A stretch of 64,000 bases of DNA from an uncultured delta proteobacterium (lineage in GTDB: Bacteria > Desulfobacterota > Desulfobacteria > Desulfobacterales > JAFDCJ01): NCBI GenBank assembly GCA_963769935.1, contig CAVYNY010000007.1:192001-256000 (forward strand), given 5' to 3'. The notes beneath the pieces are model-generated. The model saw only the letters and a program-made list of their open reading frames with translations. It was not told where the DNA came from and searched no databases. Made by a program: the position numbers and the translations under genes. This document shows, in pieces, positions 17,532-27,515 of this stretch (positions within the stretch are counted from its first letter, which is position 1; each line of letters starts with the position of its first letter).

Positions 17532-18887
17532 ATGTGTAAAAAGATCATTTATCTTCGGATACTTTTTATATTTGGACTAGTGATGCTTTCGGGCTGCACG
17601 TCGTATATGAAAGGTACCATGGATTTGGAGCGGGAAAATTATGAAGCTGCCATCGAAAACTTCCAGCAGGAACTGTCAAAAAACCCAAACAACTGGCAGG
17701 CCAGGCAGCAACTCGGGTTCGCTTATCTGAAAACCGGTCGGAATGACCAGGCAATTGCCGAGTTGCAATACGTCCTGGGGCAAGAGCCGGCTGACGTAAC
17801 GGCCTTGAGCTACGCCCCCAAGGATGTCGAGCGCGGGCTGGGGCAAAAACCGGATGCCCCTTACGCGAATTATTACCTGGGACTGGCGTATTTGCGCAAC
17901 GGACAGCGAAGTGAGGCCGTTGAAACCTGGCGGACCTACAATAATCCGCGTGAGCCGATACTGGCAGACGAAATCAAAAAACAGGTAACGGTCGTCGATA
18001 TCTATGACAGTCTGTATCTTGCCAGGCAAGCCCTGGAAGAGGAGAAAAAGCTTGAAACGACGCCGCCCAAACCGGGAACGGTCGCCGTATTTTATTTCAA
18101 GGATCTCAGCCCGGACAATCGCTTTCGCTATCTGCAAAAAGCAATGGCTGAAATGATTATCACGGATTTGACGAAGGTGAAATCTTTGCAGGTTCTGGAA
18201 CGGACGCGCGTACAGTATCTTTTGTATGAGATGAAAATGGGACAGACAGGCATTGTTGAAGAAAAAACGGCACCTCGAGCGGGTCGGCTGCTCGGGGCCG
18301 AAAACCTGCTCGTGGGCAGCCTCGAACCCGGCAGCATAGAAGCCAAGGCCAGCGTAGCTTCCACGACATCCAAGGATGTGGTCGGCGCCTTTTCAGTCAA
18401 AGCGGAGCAGGAAGAGTTTTTTGTGCTGGAAAAAGAAATAGTCTATAACGTATTGAAAGTATTGCCGGTTACTTTCACTCCGGAGGAAGAAGCGCAATTT
18501 AAAGGGTATCACACCAAAAACCTGCAGGCCGTCCTTTACTTCGGCCAGGGACTCGATGCCCTGGATGCGGGTCAATGGAAAGATGCCAGGGTTTCCTTCA
18601 AAAGGGCCACTGAAGAGGACCCGGACTTTAAATTGGCCCAATATTATCTGGAGCGATGCCCTGCTGCAACTGTCGCCAGTTTAACTACCCTGGGTGGGAT
18701 GACGGTGGGGCAAATGGCCGACAATGTCGAAGCGGCTGTGGATCAGGCCTCAAGTGCTCAAGCGGCCATAACATCCGGCCAGGGAACAGGGCCTGGAGAA
18801 GGGGGTGTTCCTTCTGGCCCAACGCCGGCACCGGCGCCGACACCGACTCCGGGACCTACTACCGGAAATGTATCCATCAGCTGGTAG
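17532..18887 (+). CDS. TPR + CsgG/TolB-N-like lipoprotein with Pro/Thr/Gly tail
   Basis: AGGAGG RBS; lipobox LSGC; TPRs; VAVFYF...VLER...AGRLLGAENLLVGS. Confidence 0.85.
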   Translation: MCKKIIYLRILFIFGLVMLSGCTSYMKGTMDLERENYEAAIENFQQELSKNPNNWQARQQLGFAYLKTGRNDQAIAELQYVLGQEPADVTALSYAPKDVERGLGQKPDAPYANYYLGLAYLRNGQRSEAVETWRTYNNPREPILADEIKKQVTVVDIYDSLYLARQALEEEKKLETTPPKPGTVAVFYFKDLSPDNRFRYLQKAMAEMIITDLTKVKSLQVLERTRVQYLLYEMKMGQTGIVEEKTAPRAGRLLGAENLLVGSLEPGSIEAKASVASTTSKDVVGAFSVKAEQEEFFVLEKEIVYNVLKVLPVTFTPEEEAQFKGYHTKNLQAVLYFGQGLDALDAGQWKDARVSFKRATEEDPDFKLAQYYLERCPAATVASLTTLGGMTVGQMADNVEAAVDQASSAQAAITSGQGTGPGEGGVPSGPTPAPAPTPTPGPTTGNVSISW

Positions 18888-18954
18888 TGGATTGCAGCTC
18901 CAAAAGATATGGAAAAACTCAGCTTTTCGAAACGTCCACAAGCGGGAGGATAAG

Positions 18955-20799
18955 ATGAAGCCCCTGAATAGTAAATCAAATGCCAATTTGATGGTTTTGA
19001 ATTTAGCGTTTTGCTGTTTGATTGCTCTCTTTTATTCCTGCGGCAGCGGCGGCGGAGGTGATTCCGCCGCAGCCTTCGGGAAAGGCTCGGTCGGCTTCAG
19101 TCTTGCCCTGGATAACCCGGCCGCTGCCCGGGCCGTGAGTTTCAGGGCAGCGGCTGATGCGGAGGTGCAATTCGCATGTGAAGACTATCAAATTGCAACA
19201 ATTGAAGCCCAGGTGGTTGACAAAAACGGGGCCGTGCTTGTTGAAGGCAGCTGGGCCTGTGATGAGCACCAGGCGACTATAAGCGGAATAACGCCGGGAG
19301 ACGGCATCGTCGTCAAGGTATTTGGAAGGGATGCGGACGGGGTTGTTCTCTTCGAGGGGCAAAGCGACGAGCTAATTGTTGTCGCAGGGCAAACGACCGA
19401 CGCGGGGCTGATTATTCTTGAACCGGTACCTTTCCTTGACACTGTTGCCCGGGTGAGTGTGGATTCAAACGCGCAAGAAGGAAACAATGCTTCTTTGTTC
19501 CCATCCGTCAGCGGCAGTGGCCGGCTGGTAGCCTACGGCTCATTTGCAGACAACCTTGCGACCGGTGACAGCAATGAACGGGCGGATGTATTTGTACACG
19601 ACCTGATTTCCGGCATCACAGAACTGGTCAGCGTGGCGTCTGATGGAACTCAGGGCAACGATGACAGCGGCCTTTACAGAGGGGAGGGCATATCCGCGTC
19701 TATAGCCATCGGTTCGAATGGTCGCTTTGTGGCTTTCGCATCTAATGCTTCCAATCTGGTCTCCGGTGATAGCAATGGATCAGCAGATGTATTTGTTCGC
19801 GACCGACAGTTGGAGACTACGGCGGTAGTCAGCGTTGCTTCGGACGGCACCATAGGAGACGACTGGAGCGGATTTGAGTATAAAATTGGAATCAGCTCCA
19901 ATGGGCGCCATGTGGCCTTTGCGTCATGGGCTGCAAATCTGGTGGCCAATGACACTAATGAGTCTATCGATATTTTTGTGAATGACCGCGATACGGATGC
20001 AGACGGCGTTTTTGATGAACCCGGCGCTATTGCGACCGTCCGAGCCAGCGTTGCGTCAGACGGCAGCGCCGGCAACGATAACAGTTATGATCCGGCAGTC
20101 AGCAGTGACGGGCGGTTTATAGCCTTTGCGTCGAATGCAACCAATCTGGTGGCTGATGATGCCAATTCTTACAGCGATGTTTTTGTGCATGACCGTGATG
20201 CCGATGAAAATGGAACATTTGATGAATCCGGCGGTATCTCAACCGTCCGAGTGAGTGTTGCTTCAGATGGCAGCCCTGCCAACTCTTACTGCTATAATCC
20301 CGCGATCAGCGGCAATGGACGTTATGTAGCCTTCACATCCAATGCAACTAATCTGGTGCCCGGTGACACCAATAATTCCAGCGATATCTTTGTGCATGAC
20401 CGCGATGCGGGCACGACCGTCCGGGTGAGTGTGGCGTCAGGCGGCAATGCCGGCAACGATGATTGTTATAATCCCGCGATCAGCGACGACGGCCGGTTTG
20501 TAGTATTTGAGTCATGGGCAGACAATCTGGTGCCCGATGACACCAATGACTCCATAGATATTTTTGTGCATGACCGCGATGCCAATGAAAACGGCGTATT
20601 TGATGAACCCGGCGGTGTTTCGACCGAACGCGTCAGTGTTGCTTTCAGCGGTACCGATGCCAACAGTAGTTCAGCGAATCCTGCAATCAGTTCGAACGGA
20701 CGCATCGTAGCATTCGATTCATACGCAACCAATCTCGTCAGCGGCGATAACAATGAGGTGCAGGACGTCTTTGCAGCGCCAAACCCATTTGTGCCCTAA
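18955..20799 (+). CDS. Lipoprotein with beta-sandwich-like N-domain and TolB/PD40-like beta-propeller repeats
   Basis: GGAGG RBS before ATG 18955; FYSC-GSGGGG; six repeats of RVSV..DG...P.IS..GR.VAF.S.A.NLV..D.N...DVFV.D. Confidence 0.85.
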   Translation: MKPLNSKSNANLMVLNLAFCCLIALFYSCGSGGGGDSAAAFGKGSVGFSLALDNPAAARAVSFRAAADAEVQFACEDYQIATIEAQVVDKNGAVLVEGSWACDEHQATISGITPGDGIVVKVFGRDADGVVLFEGQSDELIVVAGQTTDAGLIILEPVPFLDTVARVSVDSNAQEGNNASLFPSVSGSGRLVAYGSFADNLATGDSNERADVFVHDLISGITELVSVASDGTQGNDDSGLYRGEGISASIAIGSNGRFVAFASNASNLVSGDSNGSADVFVRDRQLETTAVVSVASDGTIGDDWSGFEYKIGISSNGRHVAFASWAANLVANDTNESIDIFVNDRDTDADGVFDEPGAIATVRASVASDGSAGNDNSYDPAVSSDGRFIAFASNATNLVADDANSYSDVFVHDRDADENGTFDESGGISTVRVSVASDGSPANSYCYNPAISGNGRYVAFTSNATNLVPGDTNNSSDIFVHDRDAGTTVRVSVASGGNAGNDDCYNPAISDDGRFVVFESWADNLVPDDTNDSIDIFVHDRDANENGVFDEPGGVSTERVSVAFSGTDANSSSANPAISSNGRIVAFDSYATNLVSGDNNEVQDVFAAPNPFVP

Positions 20800-20847
20800 T
20801 TAAAAAAAAGAATTTAATTCAGCCTAAATCCGTAAATAGCAGTCCAG

Positions 20848-20887
20848 AAAGCCCACGAGGCGTAACATTTCCCCGTGGGCTTTTTTG
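20848..20887 (+). terminator. Rho-independent terminator
   Basis: AAAGCCCACG...CGTGGGCTTTTTT after the stop at 20799. Confidence 0.75.
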
Positions 20888-21166
20888 TTGCAAAAGCAAT
20901 TTGGAATTCCAATGGATCCGTTGTCGGCACGGGTGGTCGTTTCGAAAAGCTTCTGTCTGAAATTATTAAGGATTATTTCCTTGACAGACAGATGTTACTT
21001 GGCATATGAAATTTGGGATATCTGATTTGGGAAAAAAGGATTCTACCGCCACCTGAACCGTTGAAGTAGCAACTCGTATTCTCGCGCCCCGCAAAACCAA
21101 GTTTCTCAGGAAATTATCGACCAGACCTAATTGTGACTAGAAAAGCACTGTTCAGCGGTAAAAGCC

Positions 21167-22123
21167 ATGTTATGGAAAATGAAAACCATAAAATCCGTAA
21201 TGATCAGTTGTTTGTTGATTTGCCCGATCTTTTTTTTTGATTCCCCATGTGCCGGATCGGAAACCTCCTCCCGGTTGTATTCTCTTCCTATCAGCGAACT
21301 GGAAGCCATAATGTCAGATTGGCTCACCCGGTCCGGTTTTCAAATACAGCGTTCCAAGCCTGAAATGGGCGATGTTCAGTTAACCATTACGCGACCGGCC
21401 GAAAAATTACAAATCGTTTTAAAACCTCATTCAGCCGTGACGACCGAGCTTCATGCCCTGCCTGCGGCGATCGCTTCCCAGGAAAATGCCACCATTGACC
21501 GCATGGCGGCCTATCTTGAGAAGTATATCCAGGCACTGGCCGAACAAAAGGAAAACTCCAATCAAATTATTCCGCCGGTGGTCCTGGCGCAGATCGGAAA
21601 TGTGGTCTGCCTGAAAACAAGATTCCATGATAAAACAGCACAGTATTCCGGCGTTATTGTGGATACTCAGGGCCTTATTCTGAGCACAATCCATGATGTC
21701 CAGACGCTGCATGGTATTACGATCACCCTTTTTGATGGCCGTGAAACAACGGGCGAGATCATTAAAAGGGACATCAAACACGACCTTGCTCTGATAGACA
21801 TCGGATCGAGTGTTGAGCATGCCGTTTCTCTGGCCCAGAGTCGCAACCTGCTGGGGATGGGCGAGAGAGTGTACTCGGTCGGGTGCCCGATGGATCTGGT
21901 CGGCTCGGTTTTTCCCGGCATCATTAACGGACCTCCCCGGCGAGTCGGGGATTTGCCGTACTGGCAGGTCAACATGGAGATTCATCCGGGCAGCAGCGGC
22001 AGTCCTGTTTTTGATGTCCAAGGCAATCTGGTCGGAATTGTAAAGGGCCGCTACCGGGGTACCGAAACCATCGGTTTTCTAATCCCGATCGAGACCATCA
22101 TCGCATTTGTGAAAGGACCGTAA
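21167..22123 (+). CDS. Exported trypsin-like serine protease (S1, no PDZ)
   Basis: Triad contexts STIHDV, HDLAL and PGSSGSP; N-terminal hydrophobic leader. Confidence 0.88.
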   Translation: MLWKMKTIKSVMISCLLICPIFFFDSPCAGSETSSRLYSLPISELEAIMSDWLTRSGFQIQRSKPEMGDVQLTITRPAEKLQIVLKPHSAVTTELHALPAAIASQENATIDRMAAYLEKYIQALAEQKENSNQIIPPVVLAQIGNVVCLKTRFHDKTAQYSGVIVDTQGLILSTIHDVQTLHGITITLFDGRETTGEIIKRDIKHDLALIDIGSSVEHAVSLAQSRNLLGMGERVYSVGCPMDLVGSVFPGIINGPPRRVGDLPYWQVNMEIHPGSSGSPVFDVQGNLVGIVKGRYRGTETIGFLIPIETIIAFVKGP

Positions 22124-22126
22124 AAT

Positions 22127-23311
22127 ATGAACTACGGTCGGTACGAGGTTGTTGATGAAATTGGCCAGGGTTCAATGGGGGTTGTTTATCGGGCCTATGA
22201 TCCCCAAATCAATCGGCACATTGCTTTGAAGCTATTGCGCCAGGACCGGGTCACCAGCGAGGAATTGGTGCAGCGATTTCTCAAAGAGGCCCAGGCCATG
22301 GGAGGGCTTTCGCATCCCAACATCGCCACCGTTTACGATACGGGACAGGATCACGGCACCATCTTCATTGCCATGGAAATATTGAGGGGTAAATCCCTCA
22401 AAGACCTTATGGGGGAAAAGAAATTAAGTCTTAATGAAATTGTTCATATCGGCGTTCAGGTCGCCGAAGCGCTTGACTTTGCCCACCAGAAAGGCATTGT
22501 GCACCGGGACATAAAGCCCTCCAATATCATTATAGATCCTAAAGGCAATGCAAAAATCACAGACTTCGGCATTGCGCACATCGAGGATCCTGCCGGCACC
22601 CAGCAAACGATACCCGGACAAATTTTAGGCACCCCCCTTTACATGTCGCCCGAGCAGGTCATGAGCAATCCCGTGGACGGGCGCTCGGATCTTTATTCTT
22701 TGGGGGTTATCCTATATGAGATGACCACCGGAACCCCTCCCTTTAAAGGCGATAACCTCGCCGCCATCTTCCAGGCAATTTTGCAGGGGACACCCCGGGC
22801 GCCGGAGCTGGACGGATCTCCTGTTTCCCGGAACCTCTCCAATCTGATTATGAAGAGTTTGAACAAAGATCCCGCCAAGCGATTTCAGACGGGCCTGGAG
22901 ATGGCACAACCGCTCAAAGGTTGTCTTCAGAGGAGGCAGTCGGATACCATCCGGGGCGTGAGGCGTCCTGAAAAACGCAAACGCCTTTTTCCCATGGTGT
23001 TGGCAGCCATAGTACTCCTTGCCGCAGCCGCCGGATTGATTTATTTTAAGACCGGCAAAAGTACCCCGCCGGAAAACAAGCTTTTAGCAGTTTTAAAAGT
23101 CGAGAGCGATCCCTCGGGCGCCAACGTTTTTTTAAACGACTCCCTTAAAGGCCAAACTCCTCTGACCATTGATCTGCCTCTCGGGAAATATGAAATTCGT
23201 TTAAGTCGCCAAAATTTCAATGAATGGGAAGCTCAACTTCAACTGGATGAAGCGGGTGAAACGCCTTTGTTTGTAAGGCTTATTGCCGTGGAAAAAAATC
23301 AGAACCCATAA
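22127..23311 (+). CDS. Ser/Thr protein kinase - TM - PEGA domain
   Basis: GQGSMG, ALK, HRDIKPSN, DFG and YMSPE; TM; PEGA-like VESDPSGANVFLN...GQTPL...LPLGKYEI. Confidence 0.95.
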   Translation: MNYGRYEVVDEIGQGSMGVVYRAYDPQINRHIALKLLRQDRVTSEELVQRFLKEAQAMGGLSHPNIATVYDTGQDHGTIFIAMEILRGKSLKDLMGEKKLSLNEIVHIGVQVAEALDFAHQKGIVHRDIKPSNIIIDPKGNAKITDFGIAHIEDPAGTQQTIPGQILGTPLYMSPEQVMSNPVDGRSDLYSLGVILYEMTTGTPPFKGDNLAAIFQAILQGTPRAPELDGSPVSRNLSNLIMKSLNKDPAKRFQTGLEMAQPLKGCLQRRQSDTIRGVRRPEKRKRLFPMVLAAIVLLAAAAGLIYFKTGKSTPPENKLLAVLKVESDPSGANVFLNDSLKGQTPLTIDLPLGKYEIRLSRQNFNEWEAQLQLDEAGETPLFVRLIAVEKNQNP

Positions 23312-23332
23312 CCCACGAAGCGATTAAAAGGA

Positions 23333-25288
23333 GTGATTAAAATGAGGTCCCTTATAAAAATGCTTGCCTGCTCGGCAGCACTTGTCGGCCTCGCTGTCAT
23401 CATCAGCGAGCCGGGCTACGGCCAAATTGCTGCCGGCCGACAGGCACCCGCCTTTGCCTTGGAGGATATCGGCGGTAAGCACCATGAGCTGGCAACGCTG
23501 GAAAACACGCCGATGGTTATTCTCTATTTTTTTGACGTAACGTCCCGACCCAGTCAAGAAGGCCTGTTGGCGCTGGATAATCTTGCCGGACGCTATGCGC
23601 AGGCCGATTTGAAAGTGTGGGCGATCACCCGTTCCGCCAAAGAAAATGTGTCTGAATTTGTTTCCCGGAGCCGAATTTCCTACCCGGTTCTCGTAGACAA
23701 TTCCAAAGTCAGCGATCTTTACCAGGCCCGCTTCGTGCTGCCGACGGTTTGCATCCTTGGCCCCGGGTTGAAAGTGCTGGATTATATACAGGGAGGCGGC
23801 AAAACCACCGAAATTATGCTGGTGAAGTTGGCTGAAAAAGAATTGCAGCGTAAACAGACAACGATCGCGAGAGAGATCAGTGAAGATGTTGTCCGCAAGG
23901 ACCCGCAAAATGTAGATGCTAAAATGGTCAAGGGATACGCGGAACTCAAAGGCGGCGATCTGGCTGCCGCTGAAAAAACCTTCAACTCCCTGTCTCAAGA
24001 CGCGGGCCAGGGCAAAGTTCTGGGCGAAGAGGGGATGGTTTCCGTGTATGCCGAGAAAGGACAGACCCAAGAGGCTTTGGACCTGGCCGAGAAAGTAGAG
24101 CAAAAAGCACCGGATCGGGGGTATGTGAATACCGTCAAGGCAGATATTTTATATGCCAAAGGCCAAAAAAAAGAAGCCCAGGCCGAATACCGCAAGGCCG
24201 TGAGTAAAAAATCGGCCGCTCCTTTTCAAAAGGCGGTTTCGCTGAATAAGCTCGGGCGCCTGCAGGCCAGTATCGGGAATTTGTCCGGGGCCCGGGAGCT
24301 TTATGATCAGGCGGTGGCAATTGATCCTTATTACATTGAAGCAACCGCCAATTCTGCCAAGACTTACGAAAAAGAGGGCAAGTGGGATAAAGCCCTGGGT
24401 GCGTACCGCCAGGCTCTGGCAGTCGATAAAGATGATGTGTTTGCCGCGACCCTGGCGAAAAGAGCTCAGATGATGGTTGCGCTCCAGAATGATGTTGAGA
24501 GAAAAAAACGCATGGACGCCCTGGTCAAGCGCCTGGCCGAGCGCTATCGCAGCCAGCAGCAATCCAAAACCAAAGCAGCGGAAGACTCCTGGACGTCGCG
24601 GCCCATGGTGATGACTTTCGTCGATTTGCAGGAAAAAGGCGGATTATCCGAACGGGATGGATTGCCCACCGTTTTAATGTTTCAACTGTCCGATGAGCTC
24701 AATGCATCCGGCCGAATTCATGTGGTCGAACGGATCTTGATTGAAAAACTGCTCGAGGAATTAGATCTCGGCTCCTCGGACTTGGCCGATCCCGATACGG
24801 CCTTAAAACTGGGCAAAATACTGGCCGCTAAAATCATCGGTACCGGTTCTATTTACTATCTTCCGGCCGGCAATATTCTGAGTCTGCGCTTGATCGATAC
24901 CGAAACCTCGGAGCTGCCCAAGATCATCAACCGCCAGTTCGGTCCGAAAGTGTCGCTGGATAAAGAACTGAATCAGCTTTATCACGAAATTCTGACAGCT
25001 GTTATGCAAACTTATCCGTTGCGAGGCTACATTGTGCAGGTATCTTCGGATCGGATTATGATCAACCTGGGATCAAAACAGGGTGTGAGCCAGGGCACTA
25101 AATTTGAGGTATTAAAAGAAAAGGAACCCATCGAGTACAAGGGTAAAATCCTGCACGGTGCACCCGAAGCCGTTGCATTATTGCAGGTGGAGCAAGTCGA
25201 GCCGGATCTTTCTTACGCGCGCATTCTGAGCAAGCAAATCCCCATCGCCCGCGATGACAAGATTCAGGAGAAAGTGGGAAAACTCTAG
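23333..25288 (+). CDS. Exported thioredoxin-fold (no CxxC) - TPR - CsgG-like - FlgT-C-like protein
   Basis: APAFALED.GG redoxin start; TPR array; VVER...EELDLGSS..AD...ALKLGKIL; INLGSKQGV..G.KFEV. Confidence 0.8.
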   Translation: MIKMRSLIKMLACSAALVGLAVIISEPGYGQIAAGRQAPAFALEDIGGKHHELATLENTPMVILYFFDVTSRPSQEGLLALDNLAGRYAQADLKVWAITRSAKENVSEFVSRSRISYPVLVDNSKVSDLYQARFVLPTVCILGPGLKVLDYIQGGGKTTEIMLVKLAEKELQRKQTTIAREISEDVVRKDPQNVDAKMVKGYAELKGGDLAAAEKTFNSLSQDAGQGKVLGEEGMVSVYAEKGQTQEALDLAEKVEQKAPDRGYVNTVKADILYAKGQKKEAQAEYRKAVSKKSAAPFQKAVSLNKLGRLQASIGNLSGARELYDQAVAIDPYYIEATANSAKTYEKEGKWDKALGAYRQALAVDKDDVFAATLAKRAQMMVALQNDVERKKRMDALVKRLAERYRSQQQSKTKAAEDSWTSRPMVMTFVDLQEKGGLSERDGLPTVLMFQLSDELNASGRIHVVERILIEKLLEELDLGSSDLADPDTALKLGKILAAKIIGTGSIYYLPAGNILSLRLIDTETSELPKIINRQFGPKVSLDKELNQLYHEILTAVMQTYPLRGYIVQVSSDRIMINLGSKQGVSQGTKFEVLKEKEPIEYKGKILHGAPEAVALLQVEQVEPDLSYARILSKQIPIARDDKIQEKVGKL

Positions 25289-25300
25289 CTGGAGAAAGCC

Positions 25301-25801
25301 GTGTCGCTGCCAAAGCAACTCATAGGACTGTCACTGCTGCTGCTTGCGTTTTTATCCGGATGCACCCCGCTGCCTAAGCCAAGTGTGGACCGGCAGACGT
25401 CGGCGGTTGCTGTCTGGGATTTGGAAAACTTGAATCCGGACGAGGGCATCGGGACCGATATGGGCGAACTTTTGGCGTCGGAAGTGATCGAGACGTTCAA
25501 AGAATCCAGTACATTTCAGGTAGTCGAAAGGCAGCGTCTCATCCTGGCGCTGGAAGAGTTGAATCTGGGCAGCTCTTCTTTGGCCAACGAGGCGACGCGC
25601 TTGAGAATCGGCCGCATCGTGGGCGCCCGTTTCATGGTATTCGGCGGTTATTTCGTGCTCGGCGATATGATGCGTCTGGATTTGCGATTGGTGGAGGTTG
25701 AAACCGGCGCGATCGTCAAAGCGGCAGAGAAGACAACTGCTGCCGGTGATTTGAACGGCTGGCTGAAAGCCACGCGGCAGGCAGCCGAGGAATTGATTTA
25801 G
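25301..25801 (+). CDS. CsgG/HfaB-like lipoprotein
   Basis: Lipobox LSGC; VAVWDL...VVERQRL...EELNLGSS...IGRIVGA...RLVEVETG. Confidence 0.85.
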   Translation: MSLPKQLIGLSLLLLAFLSGCTPLPKPSVDRQTSAVAVWDLENLNPDEGIGTDMGELLASEVIETFKESSTFQVVERQRLILALEELNLGSSSLANEATRLRIGRIVGARFMVFGGYFVLGDMMRLDLRLVEVETGAIVKAAEKTTAAGDLNGWLKATRQAAEELI

Positions 25802-25802
25802 A

Positions 25803-27515
25803 ATGATCGAGGGGGGACTATTGCCCACGATGCGTTTCAAAATCGTTAACACGGATGATCCCAATCTTGTTTTTGAGACAGATCGGCGAGAATTCGCACT
25901 CGGCAGATCCAAAGAGTGTGAGATCGTCATCCAAGATCCTTCTATTTCAAGGGTTCAGGCCCGGGTTCGGTTTGAAAGCAACCGTTTTTACATTGAAAAT
26001 ACAGGGCAAAATCCCGTTCAGATAAATGGCGCACCCACAGCCGGCCAGTTTCTCAATGACGGTGATCAAATTACGCTGGGCACAACCAGTTTCCGGTTTC
26101 AAGCAGACCGGACTTTTGATGTAACACCGCATCCGATCGCTTTTGACGAGAAAACAATCGCCGTTGGCTCCCTGCCGAATCATACATTGGGTCCACGCCT
26201 GGTTCTCACCACCGATGCCGGCGACACGCAAGCATACCCCATGAATAAGGACCGCCTTATCATCGGTCGGTCCGAAGATGCAGACATCGCTTTGCAGGAT
26301 CCCTCCATTTCGCGCCAACACGGCATAATCGAACAGCGGGAAGACGGGTATTTTGTCAAAAACTTGAGCCAAACCAATCCGTTATTGCTCAATGATGCGA
26401 CCGTTTCCGACAATCGCCTTTATTCAGGGGATCTTATTCGCGTCGGCTCTTTTTATTTGACTTTCGTATCAGACCGGCCCGAGGACGCCAAACCCATCGA
26501 GGAGAAGATCATCACTCAGCAAAAGGGACCGGGGTGGGCGCTCTGGCTGGCAGCGGCCTGCTTAATTCTGATTGCTGGAAGCTTCTTGCTTTACCGGCAT
26601 GCTTACTATCCCTGGAAAATTAATCGGAACCTGAAATCAATTGCCGGTCAAATTGCGGCGGGCAAATATCAGCCGGCCCAAGACGCGCTGCGGCGTCTGC
26701 TCACTAAAGGCGTCTCGCCGGACAGCAGGCGCAGGGCCAGAGAGCTGCTGGCTCAGACGGCGCTGGCGATTGTGCAGAATCTGGCCGAAGCCGGCAAGCT
26801 TCCGGAGGCGGAACAATACCTGATTGCCTATCTGAAAGAATATGGCGGCGGCAAAGAAGCGGACACTCTCTGGGAGCGCCTGGATATGTACCGGGTCGAA
26901 ATCGCTCAAAACCTGGAAACCGCCTCGCAGTATCAGGCCGCTTTGGGCCTGTATGCAGCGGTGAGAGAAGACAGCCCCTATTATGGCCGCGCCCAGCAGG
27001 GCATCCGGCGAATTTGGCTTGCGTCCCAGCAGGAACAACGCCGGGATCAGAATGTGGCCCAATTGCTTCAGGAGGCTGATCAGGATTTCAGAGCCAAACG
27101 CTACCTGACGCCGGTCAACAGCAATGCCTATTCTGTTTATCAGGCCGTTCTGGCCGCAGATCCTGAGAACTCCATTGCTCTGGAGCGCATCGAGCAAATG
27201 AAAGACTTCTATCTCAGATACGGCGAAGAGTATTTTAATAAAAATAGCTGGCGCAATGCCCTGACCTATTTTGAACGATATGTTTTTATGGCACCCGATT
27301 CACCGGACATCCAGCAGAAAATCGACCTCTGCCGCGCTAAGTTGAAAGCATCCGATTCGAACGGTCCGCAGACCGGGGCAAAATCAGCCGCACCGGAAAA
27401 GAGCCGCGAGCAGGTCAAAAAATTACTCGAAGAATCCGGCGTTGAAAGTTCGCGCATCATCAAATTTCTTTATGAGGATCCGGGCGGTGAAAAAGATCCC
27501 GAAAAACCCTGGTAG
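25803..27515 (+). CDS. Tandem FHA-FHA - TM - TPR protein
   Basis: Two GRS...DPSISR motifs; TM WALWLAAACLILIAGSFLLY; helical repeats after the TM. Start may be ATG 25830. Confidence 0.88.
   Translation: MIEGGLLPTMRFKIVNTDDPNLVFETDRREFALGRSKECEIVIQDPSISRVQARVRFESNRFYIENTGQNPVQINGAPTAGQFLNDGDQITLGTTSFRFQADRTFDVTPHPIAFDEKTIAVGSLPNHTLGPRLVLTTDAGDTQAYPMNKDRLIIGRSEDADIALQDPSISRQHGIIEQREDGYFVKNLSQTNPLLLNDATVSDNRLYSGDLIRVGSFYLTFVSDRPEDAKPIEEKIITQQKGPGWALWLAAACLILIAGSFLLYRHAYYPWKINRNLKSIAGQIAAGKYQPAQDALRRLLTKGVSPDSRRRARELLAQTALAIVQNLAEAGKLPEAEQYLIAYLKEYGGGKEADTLWERLDMYRVEIAQNLETASQYQAALGLYAAVREDSPYYGRAQQGIRRIWLASQQEQRRDQNVAQLLQEADQDFRAKRYLTPVNSNAYSVYQAVLAADPENSIALERIEQMKDFYLRYGEEYFNKNSWRNALTYFERYVFMAPDSPDIQQKIDLCRAKLKASDSNGPQTGAKSAAPEKSREQVKKLLEESGVESSRIIKFLYEDPGGEKDPEKPW

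Noticed and set aside
18805..18954. N-terminal extensions in the ORF track (18805, also 539, 27663, 50167, 51761, 45743)
   Set aside because: Downstream ATGs have better RBS or signal-peptide placement, and some extensions overlap upstream genes or repeats.
17532..25801. Curli (csg) operon
   Set aside because: Only CsgG-fold domains are present; no CsgA/B repeat proteins or CsgE/F.
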